64,000 nucleotides of DNA from an uncultured bacterium. Lineage in GTDB: Bacteria; Verrucomicrobiota; Kiritimatiellia; RFP12; UBA1067. The stretch's first letter is position 1; the number at the start of each line of letters is the position of its first letter. The position numbers and the translations under genes are program-made. Under the pieces are notes generated by a model that ran no database searches, was not told where the DNA came from, and saw only the letters and a program-made list of their open reading frames with translations. Below, one piece after another: positions 62,164 to 64,000 of this stretch. The stretch covers positions 5,568 through 69,567 of the forward strand of contig CADCGZ010000004.1 in the NCBI GenBank assembly GCA_902801025.1, written 5' to 3'.

Positions 62164-63555
62164 GTGAAGCAGAGCTCAAGAGTTTCGATCCGCTACCTCC
62201 TCGCCATTGCCGGCCTGGGCGGGCTTCTATACGGCGTTGACTTCGGTGTTATCGCCGCAGCCTCGCCGTACATCAAGGCACTCCGGCTTTTCACGGACGC
62301 GGAGTTGAGCTGGATCGTCGGAGCCGTGCTCTTTGGCGGAATCGTCTCGTCTTTGACTGCCGGAATGCTCGCCGAACGCTTTGGCAGAAAGCGCATGATC
62401 ATTGCGTCCGCCGGGCTTTTTCTCGTGGCGATCCCTGTCGTCTGCCTTTCCGGCCATTCGCTCGCCGCGATGCTCGTCGGACGCGTCCTGCAAGGCATGA
62501 GCGCGGGCTACATGAGCGTCGTGATGCCGATGTATCTCACCGAAACGCTTCCAGCTGAAATGCGCGGACGCGGCACCGGCGTCTTCCAGTTCTGCCTTGG
62601 CCTGGGGCTTGTTGCGGCGGCGGCGACGGGGTATCTCGTCGCCCGGCTCTACGGCGCGGCAGATGCGCCGGCGGACGTCGTCTCCGCTGCGGCGAAGTCG
62701 GCGGCGTGGAAAGTCAACTTCTGGTGGACGCTCGCGCCGGTCATCGCGCTGTTGCTGGGGGCATTGCGACTTCCCGAAAGCCCGGTGTGGATGCAGAGTG
62801 TAAAGTTGAAAGTTGAAAGTGTAAAGTTGAGAGTTGCGGACTCAAAGTCGGAGAATGCGGCGTCCGGCAATCAAACAATCAAACAATCAAACAATCAAAC
62901 ACTTCTTCGGCGCCGCTACGTCGTTCCTTTCCTTCTTGCGGTCGCGGTCTTGACGCTCAACAAGACGACGGGCATGAGCTCCGTCACGAGCTATTCGGTG
63001 ATGATTTTCCAGAAGGCCGGGTTCGCGGGGGCGCTTGGAAATGTCGGCGACTTCGCGATAAAGCTTACCAACCTTGTTGTTACGTTTGTCGCGGCAGCGC
63101 TCATCGACCGCGTGGGCCGCACTCGACTGCTCAAGATCGGCACCGCCGGAATGACAGTCGGCCTCGCCGCGATCGGAGGGGTGCTGCTCGCGATAGAGCG
63201 GTTCGGGCTCGAGCCCTCGGCGACGACGGGGCTCGTCTGCCTTGCCGCGTTTTTCGTCATGCAGGTTTTCTACGCGCTTGGTCCCGGCATCTGCGTGTGG
63301 CTCGTCCTTTCAGAGCTTATGCCCACGCGCATTCGCGCGAACGGCATGGCCATTGCGCTTTTCATGAACCAATTCGTGGCGTGGGGGCTTGCCTCGTCGT
63401 TTCTCCCGTGGGTCAACGCATGGGGATGGGCGTCAATGTTCTTCTTCTTTGCCGCGAACGGAATACTCTACTTCATCGTCTCGCTCTTTATACCCGAAAC
63501 GAAGGGCAAGTCGCTGGAGGAACTGGAGCGTCTTTTTGAAAGGAAGAAACCATGA
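62164..63555 (+). CDS. MFS sugar porter family transporter with repeat-encoded insert in the central loop
   Basis: 463 aa with 12 hydrophobic segments. Sugar-porter motifs are GRKRMI, PESPVW and PETKGKSLEELE. Confidence 0.9.
   Translation: MKQSSRVSIRYLLAIAGLGGLLYGVDFGVIAAASPYIKALRLFTDAELSWIVGAVLFGGIVSSLTAGMLAERFGRKRMIIASAGLFLVAIPVVCLSGHSLAAMLVGRVLQGMSAGYMSVVMPMYLTETLPAEMRGRGTGVFQFCLGLGLVAAAATGYLVARLYGAADAPADVVSAAAKSAAWKVNFWWTLAPVIALLLGALRLPESPVWMQSVKLKVESVKLRVADSKSENAASGNQTIKQSNNQTLLRRRYVVPFLLAVAVLTLNKTTGMSSVTSYSVMIFQKAGFAGALGNVGDFAIKLTNLVVTFVAAALIDRVGRTRLLKIGTAGMTVGLAAIGGVLLAIERFGLEPSATTGLVCLAAFFVMQVFYALGPGICVWLVLSELMPTRIRANGMAIALFMNQFVAWGLASSFLPWVNAWGWASMFFFFAANGILYFIVSLFIPETKGKSLEELERLFERKKP
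62797..62901 (+). repeat. In-frame composite micro-repeat: heptamer x6, GC-rich spacer, octamer x4
   Basis: AGTGTAA AGTTGAA AGTTGAA AGTGTAA AGTTGAG AGTTGCG at 62797-62838. CAATCAAA x4 at 62868-62899. The encoded peptide is SVKLKVESVKLRVADSKSENAASGNQTIKQSNNQT, right after PESPVWMQ. Confidence 0.85.
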
Positions 63556-64000
63556 TAACACAGACATCGATAAGCTACTACGGGCTCAACTACGTAGAAC
63601 ATGCCGAGGCGGACTTCAAGGAAATGAAGGCGCACGGCGTCACCCAGGTCATCCTCGCCGTCACCGAGTTTGACTTCGACTTCTGGCGGCCGAACATCCC
63701 CGCCATCGTCGACAAGGCGCACGAGCTTGGACTTCGCGTTCTAATCGACCCGTGGGGCAACGGCAAGTACTTTGGCGGCGAGCAGGTCTCGAAGTTCTTG
63801 CAGGACAACGTCGAGAACCGCCAGGTCTCCGCGCTCACGGGCGAGAAGCTCCCCTACGCGTGCTTCAACACGAACAGCTACCGCGACTACTTCAAGAACT
63901 TCTGCACGACGCTCGCCCGCGAAGCGAAGCCCGATGGCTTTTTCTGGGACGAGCCGCACTACGCCTTCCCGAAGGGCATCGCCTCCATCACCGGCGGAGT
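63552..64000 (+). CDS. Cytoplasmic hypothetical protein, TIM-barrel glycosidase-like (partial, runs off the window end)
   Basis: ATG 63552 overlaps the MFS stop (ATGA). The frame is open to the window end: MITQTSISYYGLNYVEHAEADFKEMKAHGVTQVILAVTEFDF...LRVLIDPWGNGKYFGG...DGFFWDEPHY. There is no signal peptide. It is absent from the ORF track because no stop is reached. Confidence 0.6.
   Translation, partial: MITQTSISYYGLNYVEHAEADFKEMKAHGVTQVILAVTEFDFDFWRPNIPAIVDKAHELGLRVLIDPWGNGKYFGGEQVSKFLQDNVENRQVSALTGEKLPYACFNTNSYRDYFKNFCTTLAREAKPDGFFWDEPHYAFPKGIASITGG

Noticed and set aside
1-64000. Mobile genetic elements, prophage, defence systems, tRNA or rRNA genes
   Set aside because: No transposase, integrase, nuclease/ATPase defence-type ORFs, terminal inverted repeats or tRNA-like T-arm motifs (GGTTCGAATCC type) were seen on either strand. 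Apart from the two short low-GC patches, composition is uniform.

Overview
GC-rich window, coded almost entirely on the + strand (only the two regulators are on the - strand). No rRNA, tRNA, CRISPR array, transposase or integrase was recognised. By inference it comes from a PVC-superphylum-like Gram-negative bacterium, based on autotransporter-associated beta-strand (PATR) repeat giants, XylR-type sugar-sensor/AraC hybrid regulators and many signal-peptide glycoside hydrolases. Layout: (1) 1-9.9 kb is a housekeeping block: a decayed panB, GH20 hexosaminidase, kdsA, an LptC/LptA-like gene, lptB, hpf, hprK, ptsH, ptsI, then a short KASIII-like/SDR pair. (2) 9.9-24.8 kb holds eight mostly uncharacterised exported or membrane proteins, several joined by overlapping stop/start codons. 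(3) 24.9-29.3 kb holds secA, ispD and a phosphoesterase. (4) 29.3-64 kb is a CAZyme island: three GH2, GH55-like, GH43, a sialate O-acetylesterase, a serine hydrolase, a double beta-helix enzyme, an MFS sugar porter and two XylR/AraC-type regulators. It also contains a tandem pair of ~1,500-aa PATR/beta-helix proteins. Main hunt results: (a) five promoters in the island share the same direct-repeat operator geometry (TTGCGY-N4-TTCAC twice, 23-nt register, 22 nt before a -10 box with no -35). This suggests one AraC-type regulon linking the GH operons to the two giant proteins. (b) The giant genes form a 4,716-nt tandem unit with a nearly identical 5' control region, a conserved C-terminal module and terminator, and a strongly diverged core. 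(c) A low-GC composite micro-repeat (GTTGAA-type tandem repeats plus AATCAAACAAT) occurs twice: once between lptB and hpf, where rpoN usually sits, and once in frame inside the MFS transporter as heptamer x6 plus octamer x4. (d) Several genes look leaderless, with an extended -10 box 6-10 nt before the start codon. (e) panB carries two out-of-frame internal deletions. All functional calls rest on motif recognition by eye; no database search was run.
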